From Macrostomum lignano (Eukaryota), in contig NIVC01001207.1 in the NCBI GenBank assembly GCA_002269645.1, positions 209,541-273,540 on the forward strand: a DNA stretch of 64,000 bases, read 5' to 3'. The notes under the pieces were generated by a model. That model saw only the letters and a program-made list of their open reading frames with translations, had not been told where the DNA came from and did not search any database. Below, piece after piece: positions 1 to 11,318 of the stretch. Every line of letters starts with the position of its first letter. Positions within the stretch are counted from its first letter, which is position 1. The position numbers and the translations under genes were made by a program.

Positions 1-720
1 GTTTAATTATCTTAGTCAGTGGGTAGAGAGTGGCAGTTTGATTATCTCAGTGGGTAGAGAGTGGCAGTTTGATCATCTCAGTGGGTAGAGAGTGGCAGTT
101 TGATCATCTCAGTGGGTAGAGAGTGGCAGTTTAATTATCTTAGTCAGTGGGTAGAGAGTGGCAGTTTGATCATCTCAGTGGGTAGAGAGTGGCAGTTTGA
201 TCATCTCAGTGGGTAGAGAGTGGCAGTTTGATCATCTCAGTGGGTAGAGAGTGGCAGTTTGATCATCTCAGTGGGTAGAGAGTGGCAGTTTGATCATCTC
301 AGTCGGTGGGTAGAGAGTGACAGTTTGATCATCTCAGTGGGTAGAGAGTGACAGTTTGATCATCTCAGTGGGTAGAGAGTGACAGTTTGATCATCTCAGT
401 CGGTGGGTAGAGAGTGACAGTTTGATCATCTCAGTGGGTAGAGAGTGGCAGTTTGATCATCTCAGTCGGTGGGTAGAGAGTGACAGTTTGATCATCTCAG
501 TGGGTAGAGAGTGACAGTTTGATCATCTCAGTGGGTAGAGAGTGACAGTTTGATCATCTCAGCCAGTGGGTAGAGGGTGGCAGTTTGATCATCCCAGTGG
601 GTAGAGAGTGACAGTTTGATCATCTCAGCCAGTGGGTAGAGAGTGGCAGTTTGATCATCTCAGCCAGTGGGTAGAGAGTGGCAGTTTGATAATCTCAGTG
701 GGTAGAGAGTGACAGATTGA
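1..720. repeat. 31-bp minisatellite (AGTGGGTAGAGAGTGGCAGTTTGATCATCTC), truncated by window start
   Basis: Direct 31-bp periodicity. On the minus strand it begins just after a GTGAGT donor at 725. Confidence 0.95.
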
Positions 721-725
721 CTCAC

Positions 726-1048
726 TCAAGTTCTCATCAGTCGGGCAGTCATCGGAGCTCTCGCTGGTGTCGCTGGTGCTGCTGCTCTCGCTGCTGTCGG
801 CGAGTTTCAGTTCGATGTGCCGTTCGCCGGTCGGCAGCCGGTCAGCCGTCGGTTTCCGCGGCTTGTCAATCCTGGCTGGTGCCGCGGCCAGGCCTCTGCC
901 GAGGCTGGCGGCCGCCCTAGTCCGCTGGCCTCTGTTGAATCTGCTGAATCTTTGCGCCGGAGCGACTGTAGGTCGAGTTGAGGACTGCCGCTGCTGTTGC
1001 AACATTTCTTGATTCTTGTCTAATTGCTGCTTTCGTCCGTCTCGATAC
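726..1048 (-). CDS. Probable internal exon of an unidentified low-complexity (R/A/S-rich) protein
   Basis: GC-rich open frame (part of ORF 655..1077) bounded by acceptor CTTAG| and donor |GTGAGT. No recognisable domain. Confidence 0.4.
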
Positions 1049-1269
1049 CTAAGTTTCAATAAACAACGTTGTGTCAAGTAAGAACTACTTATAATTCACA
1101 AGACGCGCAGGGCTATGCTTGCATGAGTCCCTTCTTGCAACTCAAGACCATAGACAATATTCTCATGCTCAGTCTGGAGTTGTGTGAGGGCATTTCAGAT
1201 TTCAATTAATCCTTTTATCTCTTAGGGGGATGTCTGTTGTGACTCTTACATCATGTACTTAGCGATGGC

Positions 1270-1460
1270 GCTAATAAAACCCTGGACGTCGCCCCTAGCT
1301 GGCGCCCCTGATTAGCGCCCTTGATTGGCACCCCTGATTGGCGCCCCTGATTAGGGCCTCTGATTGGCACCCCTGATTGGCGCCCCTGATTAGCAACCCT
1401 GATTGGCGCCCCTGAATAGGGCCCTTGGTTAGCGCCCCTTATTGGCGCCCCTGAATAGCG
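1270..1460. repeat. Degenerate ~13-bp tandem repeat (GCGCCCCTGATTG)
   Basis: Visible periodicity; explains ORF 1251..1463. Confidence 0.85.
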
Positions 1461-1925
1461 CAATGCATTCTCAAGAGCATACTAAATGCACTGGCGATAC
1501 GATAAATATACTAGCTAGCTCGTATATTACTTACCAGACTTTAAGCTCAAGTTATATCTTATCTGTTATCTGTTATTTTCAGCGACACTTATGCAGGGAC
1601 TGCGGGTTTGCGAAGGCCAGTCCCGAACTGTAACTTTACGATTGCCAAGTGTTAAGACGGAAGCTCTGCTTGCAAAAGCCAATCTTCATTCATTCAGTAA
1701 ATGACTTGGCTGCTTTAACGGCCCGGCCGGCCGGAAAGTTTGTTGTTGGCTTCAACTGCAAAGTCAAATATGTTCTTTAATACTGAAACAACTGCACTTA
1801 TTAGTTTTCAGTTCTAACCTAAAACTAAATAAGTAATCTAATTATGATTAGAGGTTTACAGTGAGTTTATTTCCCTCATTCAAGGCAGCTAGTCCCATTT
1901 TTTAGTTTTTTAGAGGCAGAAGTCT

Positions 1926-2257
1926 GCGTGCGCCCTGGCGCACTTTAAGCGACATTGTCACACAACCGGCGAGAGGCATTGCTGCCCATTTCACCGACTC
2001 CCCTGAGCAGGCATACAAGCGCGCGGATACGTACGCAGGCACACACTCACACAGGAGTGTACAGCGGCCCTAACTTTATTTATCGTTAGGCATGTACACT
2101 TCACTGTGCCTTGGGGGTTGGCCTTTAAGGCCGTTAATTGCGCGAGCAAAGTCAAGCTGAGATTCCAATTCAGCCCCAAATTAATGTGACTGCACTTGGA
2201 ATCGAGCCTGGGCCACTGGCGCATCAGAGCGCCACGCTGGACCACTGGGCTACGGCC
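1926..2257 (-). mobile_element. tRNA-derived SINE, full-length copy (family A)
   Basis: Minus strand begins GGCCGTAGCCCAGTGG (A-box) ... GGCTCGATTCC (B-box). The body is near-identical to 50062-50372. Confidence 0.75.
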
Positions 2258-2334
2258 CCCTCAGGGCAGTCCATGATAAAAGCTGCAGTTTCCATTCCGA
2301 GTTAAAGGCCCAGTAGTCCATGGTCTAAGCTGCT

Positions 2335-3200
2335 CCATCTGTCCACTGCATCTCCTCCACTGCATCTGTCTATACTGCATCTATCCACTGCATCTATCCA
2401 CTGCATCTATCCACTGCATCTATCCACTGCATCTATCCACTGCATCTATCCACTGCATCTATCCACTGCATCTATCCACTGCATCTATCCACTGCATCTG
2501 TCCATTGCATCTGTCCACTGCATCTATCCACTGCATCTATCCACTGCATCTATCCACTGCATCTATCCACTGCATCTGTCCACTGCATCTGTCCACTGCA
2601 TCTGTCCACTGCATCTATCCACTGCATCTGTCCACTGCATCTGTCCACTGCATCTGTCCACTGCATCTATCCACTGCATCTATCCACTGCATCTATCTAC
2701 TGCATCTATCCACTGCATCTATCCACTGCATCTATCCACTGCATCTATCTACTGCATCTATCCACTGTATCTATCTACTGCATCTATCCACTGCATCTAT
2801 CCACTGCATCTATCCACTGCATCTATCTACTGCATCTATCCACTGCATCTATCTACTGCATCTATCCACTGCATCTATCCACTGCATCCATCTACTGCAT
2901 CTATCCACTGCATCTATCTACTGCATCTATCCACTGCATCTATCTACTGCATCTATCTACTGCATCTATCCACTGCATCCATCTACTGCATCTATCCACT
3001 GCATCCATCTACTGCATCTATCCACTGCATCTATCCACTGCATCTATCCACTGCATCTATCCACTGCATCTATCCACTGCATCTATCCACTGCATCTATC
3101 CACTGCATCTATCCACTGCATCTATCCACTGCATCTATCCACTGCATCTATCCACTGCATCTATCCACTGCATCTATCCACTGCATCTATCCACTGCATC
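2335..3200. repeat. 13-bp minisatellite (ACTGCATCTATCC)
   Basis: Direct periodicity; explains ORF 2505..3302. Confidence 0.97.
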
Positions 3201-4064
3201 TGGCCAGAACTAAGGAACAAACAGCTGCGGATTATAAATGTCCCCTTGGCAATTAATTTTGTTCCCTCTCCAGTTCCAGCTCGTATAAAGTTTGACGTTT
3301 AAACCCGCCGAACAGTCCCTTTAAAACACAATTTATCATAGCTTGTAGTTCCTAGGACAGAAACACGGACAAAAACCCGGTTGGACACTCGGCATGCAGG
3401 ATAGGAATAATGAGGAACATGGTGTGGGCGCAACTCGCATTCTTTAAGTCTGCAGAGGCGGCCTGAGTGAGTGTGTGAGTGTGCTGCCCCCTCGGGGGCG
3501 CTTCGGCAACGCCACGTGGCCAGTGCCAACTGCCTCCAACTGTGGGCGAGAGAGGAGTGTCGTACCCCCTTTCGCTTTAAGGACAAGACAAGCGGCGGAC
3601 ATGTTAAGGAGCCTGCTGCGTGGATCGGATAGGGGATAAAAATTCCCCCCCCGGAGTATTTGTTTGAAACTGCTTGTAAAAGGCCGAGGGGAGAGAGAGA
3701 GAGAGCAACTTTGAAGCAAAGGATTAAGCTGATGCGGGCCTATCGGCATTGGATCTTGTGTTTGCACTGGAGGGTTGGGGCTGAATGCATAAATTCAAGT
3801 GGCGGTCCCGGTTGGACAGAGAGGAGAGGAGAGGCGATGAGAGAGTAAAGCTTAAAGGCCGGACAAGAGATTCAAGAATAAGCCAGAGATCTCCTTACGG
3901 TAGCGCATTTGATAGAATTGCTCTTTAGGGTCGAGAGTAGTTCACGGCAGCCTCACGTCAAAGGGGATTCGTCTGGATTCGAAAAAGCTACTCGATCGGT
4001 AAGTTTTGCTCTTTGTAGTAGGGCTGCTTGAATTACTCGAATGCATAATTGCTATGCTCATTTA

Positions 4065-4676
4065 ATGACCTTTCCTATAATGCTAAGCTGCAGCTCAAAT
4101 GCGTTCATTACAATGACCTTTCCTATAATGCTAAGCTGCAGCTCCAATGCGTTCATTACAATGACCTATCCTAGAATGCTAAGCTGCAGCTCCAATGCGT
4201 TCATTACAATGACCTTTCCTAGAATGCTAAGCTGCAGCTCAAATGCGTTCATTACAATGACCTTTCCTATAATGCTAAGCTGCAGCTCAAATGCGTTCAT
4301 TACAATGACCTTTCCTAGAATGCTAAGCTGCAGCTCAAATGCGTTAATTACAATTATCTTTCCTAGAATGCTAAGCTGCAGCTCAAATGCGTTCATTACA
4401 ATGACCTTTCCTATAATGCTAAGCTGCAGCTCCAATGCGTTCATTACAATGACCTTTCCTAGAATGCTAAGCTGCAGCTCCAATGCGTTCATTACAATGA
4501 CCTTTCCTAGAATGCTAAGCTGCAGCTCAAATGCGTTCATTACAATGACCTTTCCTAGAATGCTAAGCTGCAGCTCAAATGCGTTCATTACAATGACCTT
4601 TCCTAGAATGCTAAGCTGCAGCTCCAATGCGTTCATTACAATGACCTTTCCTAGAATGCTAAGCTGCAGCTCCAAA
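4065..4676. repeat. 48-bp minisatellite (ATGACCTTTCCTAGAATGCTAAGCTGCAGCTCAAATGCGTTCATTACA)
   Basis: Direct periodicity; produces the 16-aa repeat ORFs on both strands. Confidence 0.97.
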
Positions 4677-5468
4677 GCAATTATTCACAGAACAACTATC
4701 ATAGATCTGCCCTAAACTAGGATGGTCTACAAATTTGCTTGTAAAGGGCACATCATAATCCAGTATGTTAGACAGACGCTTAGATGCCCTCAATCAGTGG
4801 AAGAAACGCGAAATCCAACTTGTAAAACTAGATGGCTGTCAGTAATCCCGAGTTGAATTTGAGAGCAGCTGGGGCTTGAAGCGCCTCTTGTAACAATTCG
4901 CCTCTTTTGCGACACACAGGGCTTAAGGCGGCAGTGGGGACAGGGAAGAAGGATGGGGCTCTTTGCCGCACTCCAGCCTCCCGCGGTGAGCTGAGTAGCC
5001 TCTTCCTCAACTCCCTCCTGCTCCACTCTAAACCCTTTGCCTCTGCACTGCATCTTTTCTCCGTCCCTCCCCGTGTCTCCGCGCCCAGGCAGTTAGAGAT
5101 GGAGAATGTAGGAAGCTGGTTGCAGCCTGCAATGCAAGGGAATTGGGGGGGGGGGGGCTGGAGCAGCATGGGAGTAAGTTGGTAAACTCTGAGCCTGTTA
5201 GCTACATGCTTCTTCATCATGCCCTAAAGATCTCCTATGCGCAACGCTGCGCAGTTCCAAATTGGCTCAAAACCGAAACCCGCACTGGCGCGCTTGGGGG
5301 GGGGGTCGCCCCGGCTCACGATAAGAAGAGGAGAGAAAGATAGAAAAAAAGGGAAGAAATTAGAGAAGGGATTTAGGAAAAAGTGCAAGAACGTTTCTCG
5401 ATTTTCTACTGGCTAGAGAAGACTGCCAGGGTGGGGAAGGAGGTTGAGACTTGGCTCAGCTCAGTTAT

Positions 5469-5607
5469 TTAGCAGCTGAGGCCCTGGGCCTGAAGCTTGG
5501 CGAGGTTCTCGGCGTCCATCCGCAGGCGAACAGGGCCGGAGTGAAGCGAGAACGGGCGACCCCGGAGGTTGGCTTGATTGACAACTCGATAGGTGAGCCG
5601 CTGGAGG
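5469..5607 (-). CDS. Possible terminal coding exon of an unknown gene (…LQRLTYRVVNQANLRGRPFSLHSGPVRLRMDAENLAKLQAQGLSC*)
   Basis: GC-rich, protein-like open frame ending in TAA, preceded by CCCCAG/CTCCAG acceptors. No upstream exon or homology identified. Confidence 0.3.
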
Positions 5608-5610
5608 CTG

Positions 5611-7045
5611 GGGTTCAGTTATCCTCTAGTGGGATCATTCCAATCTGGGTTCAGTTATCCTCTAGTGGGATTATTCCAATCTGGGTTCAGTTATCCTCTA
5701 GTGGGATTATTCCAATCTGGGTTCAGTTATCCTCTAGTGGGATTATTCCAATCTCGGTTCAGTTATCCTCTAGTGGGATTATTCCAATCTGGGTTCAGCT
5801 ATCCTCTAGTGGGATTATTCCAATCTGGGTTCAGTTATCCTCTAGTGGGATTATTCCAATCTGGGTTCAGTTATCCTCTAGTGGGATCATTCCAATCTGG
5901 GTTCAGTTATCCTCTAGTGGGATCATTCCAATCTGGGTTCAGTTATCCTCTAGTGGGATCACTCCAATATGTGGCCTGGGGCGCCGGGAGTTCAGTTATC
6001 CTCTAGTGGGATCACTCCAATCTGTGGCCTGGGGCGCCGGGAGTTCAGTTATCCTCTAGTGGGATCATTCCAATCTATAGCCTGAGGCGCCGGGAGTTCA
6101 GTTATCCTCTAGTGGGATCACTCCAATCTGGGTTCAGCTATCCTCTAGTGGGATCACTCCAATCTCGGTTCAGTTATCCTCTAGTGGGATTATTCCAATC
6201 TGGGTTCAGTTATCCTCTAGTGGGATCACTCCAATCTGTGGCCTGGGGCGCCGGGAGTTCAGTTATCCTCTAGTGGGATCATTCCAATCTGGGTTCAGTT
6301 ATCCTCTAGTGGGATTATTCCAATCTGGGTTCAGTTATCCTCTAGTGGGATTATTCCAATCTGGGTTCAGTTATCCTCTAGTGGGATTATTCCAATCTGG
6401 GTTCAGTTATCCTCTAGTGGGATTATTCCAATCTGGGTTCAGTTATCCTCTAGTGGGATCATTCCAATCTGGGTTCAGTTATCCTCTAGTGGGATCATTC
6501 CAATCTGGGTTCAGTTATCCTCTAGTGGGATCATTCCAATCTGGGTTCAGTTATCCTCTAGTGGGATCATTCCAATCTGGGTTCAGTTATCCTCTAGTGG
6601 GATCATTCCAATCTGGGTTCAGCTATCCTCTAGTGGGATCACTCCAATCTGTGGCCTGGGGCGCCGGGAGTTCAGCTATCCTCTAGTGGGATCACTCCAA
6701 TCTGGGTTCAGCTATCCTCTAGTGGGATCATTCCAATCTGGGTTCAGTTATCCTCTAGTGGGATCATTCCAATCTGGGTTCAGTTATCCTCTAGTGGGAT
6801 CATTCCAATCTGGGTTCAGCTATCCTCTAGTGGGATCATTCCAATCTGGGTTCAGTTATCCTCTAGTGGGATCATTCCAATCTGGGTTCAGTTATCCTCT
6901 AGTGGGATCATTCCAATCTGGGTTCAGTTATCCTCTAGTGGGATCAATCCAATCTGGGTTCAGCTATCCTCTAGTGGGATCACTCCAATCTGTGGCCTGG
7001 GGCGCCGGGGAGTTCAGCTATCCTCTAGTGGGATCACTCCAATCT
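5611..7045. repeat. 36-bp minisatellite (GGGTTCAGTTATCCTCTAGTGGGATCATTCCAATCT) with recurrent longer variant units
   Basis: Head-to-tail 36-bp units with no unique spacers. A variant containing GTGGCCTGGGGCGCCGGGAG recurs. Confidence 0.97.
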
Positions 7046-8422
7046 ATGACTACTTCTTAATATTTATGCATTTTATCCAAATTTACAAATTTGTCCAAGT
7101 CGCACGAATTCTCACGAATTGCAAGTGCCAGCGACCTATATATCGCTCGATACTATCCAAGCTGTATCAGCATCTCTTGCAGTATTATTCTAGACAAATC
7201 TATCAATCATTTTTTACCTTCTTCGCCTCGTATTACTTCGTTCCAGGGGCGAGATTTCACTGTGGATATTTTTCTAGTCGCTTCTCGCGGTGAATATTGC
7301 AATAGCCGCTATAAATATTTATCGCAACCGGTCGCAAGAGTTTGTCTTTATTGCCCAGCAATCGCGCCCTAGAGAAAAATTGATTCGGCAAAAAGTGCAG
7401 CAGCAGCAGGAGAGGCCCCTGCTGCAAGACTGGAGGGTCAGCGGCCGCCGCCCCAACTCAGCGGGTCCAAGGGGGGGGGGGCTGGTCCGGTTTGGTGAGC
7501 GTCAAGGCCGGTACGAAACCGATGGCTTGGCTGCCTCTCTCTCCATCCTCTCCTTCCCTGCGCCTTCCTCGCCCTTCCACCCCTGGAGAGGCGCCTTAGC
7601 CCGAGCAGTTTGAACTAATCAATTCTGCTGCTGTGAAGCCCGGGCCTCGCATCGACTTGTTCATAATTTATTATTCCTGCGCGGCTTCCCCTTCTCCGCT
7701 CTTCACTCGCTCACAGGTCCCGGCTAAGCAAGTGGGGGAAGGGCAGCTCGGGAGGACGCAGGAGGGAAGATTAGAATAGTGCAGCTGAGCTGTGCAGCTG
7801 AGCTGGGGCTGGCCACGCCTCAAATCGTGCTGCTCAGCGAGAGCAGGGCGGGCTGCTCAATTCACTTCATTGGGGAGCGCCCCCCCCCTCTCATGCGATT
7901 CAGCCTAGCAACTCTTTCCGTCCTTGATGAGAGCGGCGAATCCAGGGGGGGGGAGTGGGAGGGCAGATGCGAGCCGGGCCGGTCGTGTGATACTGCGAAC
8001 CCGCTCGAGGGGTGATACGAACTCGGAGCTAATCCCCTTCACTTGTTCCCCTCTATCGCGCCGAATCTCCCAATGGGAAAGCTGTAGCCATATCAGATAA
8101 GGGATGGGGAGAAGGCTTGTGGCTGACTCCCTGAGCTAGTATCTAGTAGTGACGCTTCATGGGTCACGCGAGCAGCACTATAGTGATGGACTGTCAATGA
8201 GGCTAAGTCCCTACTCGACTTCCCCCCCCCGCGACACATTAATTAAGAAACCTGATAGAACACATCTCTCAATCCAGCTTACTTGCGTGCCGAAGAAGAT
8301 AGGAAGAAGGTGTGAAGGCATGGGGGTGAGCGAGTTAGTGAAGCCTGTTCAGTCTGTCAGTCTGTCTGATATTAACCTACCTGTTCTTTATAGACAGTTG
8401 GGAGATTCTCAATACACACACT

Positions 8423-8467
8423 GGGAATCGAACCTGGAAGGTCGGACGCGCGTTAACCACTGGGCTA
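8423..8467 (-). mobile_element. Truncated tRNA-like SINE head (A-box and B-box, anticodon arm deleted)
   Basis: Reverse complement reads TAGCCCAGTGGTTAACGCG…GGTTCGATTCCC. Confidence 0.5.
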
Positions 8468-8553
8468 ATCCGCTCCCCCCGCCCCAATTTCAAAAATCGC
8501 TGCAGGCCAAAAAAGTGCAACTCAGCAGAACCAGCTCGCCCAAGGTACCGAAA

Positions 8554-8977
8554 ATGCCCGGCCAGACAAAACAGCTGCTGCAGTGCCTCCTGCTGGCAGC
8601 CGTGGCCATCAGCCGCAGCTCCAGCATCGCAGTCAGCGGCGAGGGTGGCGGCGGCAATCCGCTGCCGCCCGGGTCCACGGGCAGCAACACTGTGCGATTG
8701 GCCGACAACTCGCACATCCGAGGCTTCAGGCGCTCCGTGTCCGGGCGGGATATCTGGCACTACTTGGGCGTGCCATACGCCCGGCCGCCTGTCGACAACC
8801 TGCGGTTCCGCGCGCCGGTGCCGCTGGATGCGCCCATCGGTCTCAGCTATCGGGAGCCGTTCGACGCCTTCTACAAGCCGAAGAGCTGCTACTTCTGGCC
8901 TATGAGCAAGTCCGAGTTTGAGATTAACGTGAGCGACTGCAAGATTTTGCTTTTGGCTGGGGATAAGGACTCTACGG
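8554..8977 (+). CDS. ACHE: Acetylcholinesterase exon 1 (signal peptide, YLGVPYARPP…LRFRAP)
   Basis: ATG at 8554 with a hydrophobic leader and the carboxylesterase type-B N-terminal motif. The donor at 8978 is chosen for phase-1 compatibility, so the exact end is uncertain. Confidence 0.85.
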
Positions 8978-8998
8978 GTAGGACGGTGAGACAGTACA

Positions 8999-9700
8999 AG
9001 CTGAGGCTGTGCTGTGTTGATGAGGCGGTAGGTGGAGGCTGTTCTGTATTGATGAGGCGGTAGGTGGAGGCTGTGCTGTGTTGATGAGGCGGTAGGTGGA
9101 GGCTGTGCTGTGTTGATGAGGCAGTAGGCAGAGTTGAGGCTGTGCTGTGTTGATGAGTCGGTAGGTGGAGGCTGTGCTGTGTTGATGAGGCGGTAGGTGG
9201 AGGCTGTGCTGTGTTGATGAGGCGGTAGGTGGAGGCTGTTCTGTGTTGATGAGGCGGTAGGTGGAGGCTGTGCTGTGTTGATGAGGCGGTAGGTGGAGGC
9301 TGTGCTGTGTTGATGAGGCGGTAGGTGGAGGCTGTGCTGTGTTGATGAGGCAGTAGGCAGAGTTGAGGCTGTGCTGTGTTGATGAGGCGGTAGGTGGAGG
9401 CTGTGCTGTGTTGATGAGGCGGTAGGTGGAGGCTGTGCTGTGTTAATGAGGCGGTAGGTGGAGGCTGTGCTGTGTTGATGAGGCGGTAGGTGGAGGCTGT
9501 GCTGTGTTGATGAGTCGGTAGGTTGAGGCTGTGCTGTGTTGATGAGGCGGTAGGTTGAGGCTGTGCTGTGTTGATGAGGCGGTAGGCTGAGGCTGTGCTG
9601 TGTTGATGAGGCGGTAGGCTGAGGCTGTGCTGTGTTGATGAGGCGGTAGGCTGAGGCTGTGCTGTGTTGGTGAGGCTGTGCTGTGTTGATGAGGCAGTAG
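8999..9700. repeat. 32-bp intronic minisatellite (GCTGTGCTGTGTTGATGAGGCGGTAGGTGGAG), AChE intron 1
   Basis: Direct periodicity. Confidence 0.97.
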
Positions 9701-10082
9701 GCAAAGCTGATTCTGGGGAAGCATGGATTTATACAGCAATAAATGCGTACCCCGGGCAGAATCCGGCTCTGCTAATCTGGTGGAACAACACGGAAATGTC
9801 GGAGGACTGCCTCTACCTGAATGTGTGGACCCCCACCGAGAATCAGGGCGACAAGAAGGCCGTCATGGTGTGGATATTCGGCGGTGGGTTCTACGGCGGC
9901 TCGGCCTCCCTGGAGATTTACGATGGCGCAGTGCTGGCCTCCAAAGGAGACGTCGTGGTGGCCTCGATGCAGTACCGAACCGGCGCCTTCGGCTTCCTGT
10001 ACCTGGACCCGGATGAGGCGCCAGGCAACATGGGGCTCATGGACCAACGGCTGGCTATGAAATGGATTTGGACGAATGCCAG
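9701..10082 (+). CDS. ACHE: Acetylcholinesterase exon 2 (W…EMSEDCLYLNVW, oxyanion-hole GGGF, GNMGLMDQ)
   Basis: Diagnostic cholinesterase motifs. The acceptor is at 9700 or 9736 (both phase 1); the donor GTTCGA is at 10083. Confidence 0.93.
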
Positions 10083-10253
10083 GTTCGATTATCATATTGT
10101 GTGTCGAGTGGGAAATGCTATTTCTGTAATGCTGCTCATGCTTGTGAGACTCTGGCACCTGAGCTGCCACACCTCAGACCTCTGTTTCTGGTGTAGCAGT
10201 CTAGACCTAAATGTAACCTTAAGTATGACATCCGAAGCCTCTCTCTCAGGATA

Positions 10254-10750
10254 ATGTGTGACAGTACAAGCCTCTCTATCAAGTCAATGTGTGACAGTAC
10301 AAGCCTCTCTATCAAGTCAATGTGTGACAGTACAGGCCTCTCTTTCAAGTCAATGTGTGACAGTACAAGCCTCTCTATCAAGTCAATGTGTGACAGTACA
10401 AGCCTCTCTATCAAGTCAATGTGTGACAGTACAGGCCTCTCTTTCAAGTCAATGTGTGACAGTACAGGCCTCTCTTTCAAGTCAATGTGTGACAGTACAA
10501 GCCTCTCTATCAAGTCAATGTGTGACAGTACAAGCCTCTCTATCAAGTCAATGTGTGACAGTACAAGCCTCTCTATCAAGTCAATGTGTGACGGTACAAG
10601 CCTCTCTATCAAGTCAAGGTGTGACAGTACAGGCCTCTCTTTCAAGTCAATGTGTGACAGTACAGGCCTCTCTTTCAAGTCAATGTGTGACAGTACAAGC
10701 CTCTCTATCAAGTCAATGTGTGACAGTACAAGCCTCTCTATCAAGTCACT
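10254..10750. repeat. 33-bp intronic minisatellite (TGTGACAGTACAAGCCTCTCTATCAAGTCAATG), AChE intron 2
   Basis: Direct periodicity. Confidence 0.97.
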
Positions 10751-10824
10751 AGGCGTGGCAAAATTTCAACCTCCTTTATACAACAGCGACATTGAATCGG
10801 TTCGGTATCCGCATCCACCGTCAG

Positions 10825-11318
10825 GTACTTCGGCGGCGACCCGTCACGGGTGACGATCTTTGGCGAGTCGGCTGGCGCGGTGTCGGTCAGCCTGCACATG
10901 CTGCTGCCCGAGTCGCAGAAGTATTTCTCGCGGGCAATCATGAACAGCGGCAGCGCGCTGGCCTACTGGGCCAGCGAGGATCAGGCCAGGGCCAGACACC
11001 GGGCCTACATTCTGGCCGTCCAGCTCAACTGCTACGTTGGCCACGGCAACAGGAAGAGAATTATTGGCTGCATGCGCCACATCAGTCCGGAGAAGATCCA
11101 GGCCAAGCTCTATCCCATTGTGGCGAAAATCAACGAAGAACGAGTGCCCTACTACAACAGGTACCAGTCACGAATCGGTCGGCGGAGCAACCTGACAGAG
11201 CCGCCGTTGTACTTTTTCTACCTGCCGCTACGACCGGTGTACGGCACCGAGTTCATGCCGGAGGATCCGCGCATCTCAGTGCAGAGGGACAACATGAAGA
11301 AGACCGACCTCATGCTGG
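10825..11318 (+). CDS. ACHE: Acetylcholinesterase exon 3 (FGGDP…VTIFGESAG, catalytic Ser)
   Basis: GESAG nucleophile elbow; acceptor CGTCAG|, donor |GTGAGG; phases 2 and 1 are consistent. Confidence 0.95.

Noticed and set aside
5611-7045. CRISPR array (36-bp repeat length)
   Set aside because: Units are head-to-tail with no unique spacers, there are no cas genes, and the context is eukaryotic. The same applies to the other 30-44 bp arrays.
8149-8553. N-terminal extension of AChE from ORF start 8149
   Set aside because: It overlaps a SINE remnant and is not protein-like. The ATG at 8554 is followed directly by a signal peptide.
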